DNA of 63,926 bases, the filler included, from Intoshia linei (Eukaryota > Animalia > Orthonectida): NCBI GenBank assembly GCA_001642005.1. It is 5 parts of 5 records of this genome, joined end to end, with 100 filler letters (N's around TTAATTAATTAA, not from the genome) between each part and the next. Parts side by side here need not be neighbours in the genome. Positions count along the whole stretch, not along the records: positions 62,633 to 63,926 come from LWCA01002686.1; 4 more parts are not named here. One strand, written 5' to 3'. Under the pieces are notes generated by a model. The model was given only the letters and a program-made list of their open reading frames with translations, was not told the DNA's origin and searched no databases. A program made the position numbers and the translations under genes. Below are positions 63,333 through 63,926 of the stretch, one piece after another; position 1 is the first letter of the stretch, and every line of letters begins with the position of its first letter.

Positions 63333-63885
63333 CTTTACACATCATTAATGAAGAAATCCATAAACAACCCTTCATATTACAATCTTGATCATTAATAATA
63401 CCGTTGCATGATTCTGAATATAATGTCATCAATAAAGTATTATTTATATTTAATTGCACTAATTACCTTCACAGTAAATATATGCATCGTTCCATTTGCA
63501 ATTATTGATCTGACAATCTGCTGCATTAGTAAACATGTAGCACGCTTCTAAATTCACGGTAACGTACATATTTTATAAATGTAAAATATTAAGGAAAAAT
63601 CTACAAATATTATGCTTCATATTAAATTACCTGAGCAAAATAGGGCTCCATAACTCCACTGACATTCTTTCATCATACATTCATCATAATTTGTAACAGT
63701 TTCACATCTTTCTAAATATAATTTAATATTTTCTAATAATAATTATTATATTGGAGTAATATTTTTATTATAATTATATTTATTATAATACATTTAAAAA
63801 TAACCATAACAATAATTGGAAGCCTCATTCCACTTACAGTTCGATGTCAAACAATCCGGTTCTTGATTAAACCGGTAGCATGGTT
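63333..63885 (-). CDS. Cys-rich modular protein with at least 4 symmetric 81-nt exons, each a C-x8-C-x4-C-x-W-x6-C module; 5' end beyond the window, terminal exon uncertain
   Basis: Exons 63805-63885, 63631-63711, 63467-63547 and 63333-63413, all AG|...G|GT phase 1. Peptides EPCYRFNQEPDCLTSNCKWNEASNYCY, ERCETVTNYDECMMKECQWSYGALFCS, EACYMFTNAADCQINNCKWNDAYIYCE and ESCNGIINDQDCNMKGCLWISSLMMCK. Confidence 0.88.
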
Positions 63886-63926
63886 CTGATTAATTAAAAG
63901 TGTTTAAATGATTTAAATTAAATTAA

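Noticed and set aside
1-63926. CRISPR arrays, prokaryotic operons or defence systems, rRNA/tRNA genes, alternative genetic code
   Set aside because: The sequence is intron-rich and eukaryotic. No repeat-spacer array or recognisable rRNA/tRNA was seen. Conserved genes translate with the standard code, and in-frame stops occur only in decayed transposases.

Overview
Very AT-rich eukaryotic, probably animal, genomic scaffold with four assembly gaps. Tiny GT-AG introns (about 30-60 nt) alternate with large transposon-filled introns. This fits a compact invertebrate parasite genome such as the orthonectid Intoshia linei, but that identification is inference only. Spliced genes reconstructed by hand, in order: VRK kinase (+), OTU1/YOD1 (+), an ATP6V1FNB/SPMIP1-like gene (-), glutaminyl-tRNA synthetase (-) preceded by in-phase RRM-like exons, ABCB7/ATM1 (+), a two-PDZ protein (+), RAD23 (-), beta-MPP (-), an NT5DC1-like HAD nucleotidase (-), an uncharacterised multi-exon gene (-), a secreted Asn-rich tandem-repeat protein (+), and a gene built from 81-nt phase-1 exons that each encode one 27-aa four-cysteine module (-, 5' end off the window). 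Mobile DNA includes decayed Tc1, mariner, pogo/Tigger, hAT-Buster and CGGBP1-like transposases, many hAT and Tc1 MITEs, an abundant non-autonomous Helitron-like family, and a 4.4-kb long-TIR element with nested insertions. The most notable observations are the one-exon-one-module Cys-repeat gene, the possible RRM-GlnRS fusion, the secreted Asn-rich repeat protein, and gene pairs only 6-110 bp apart.
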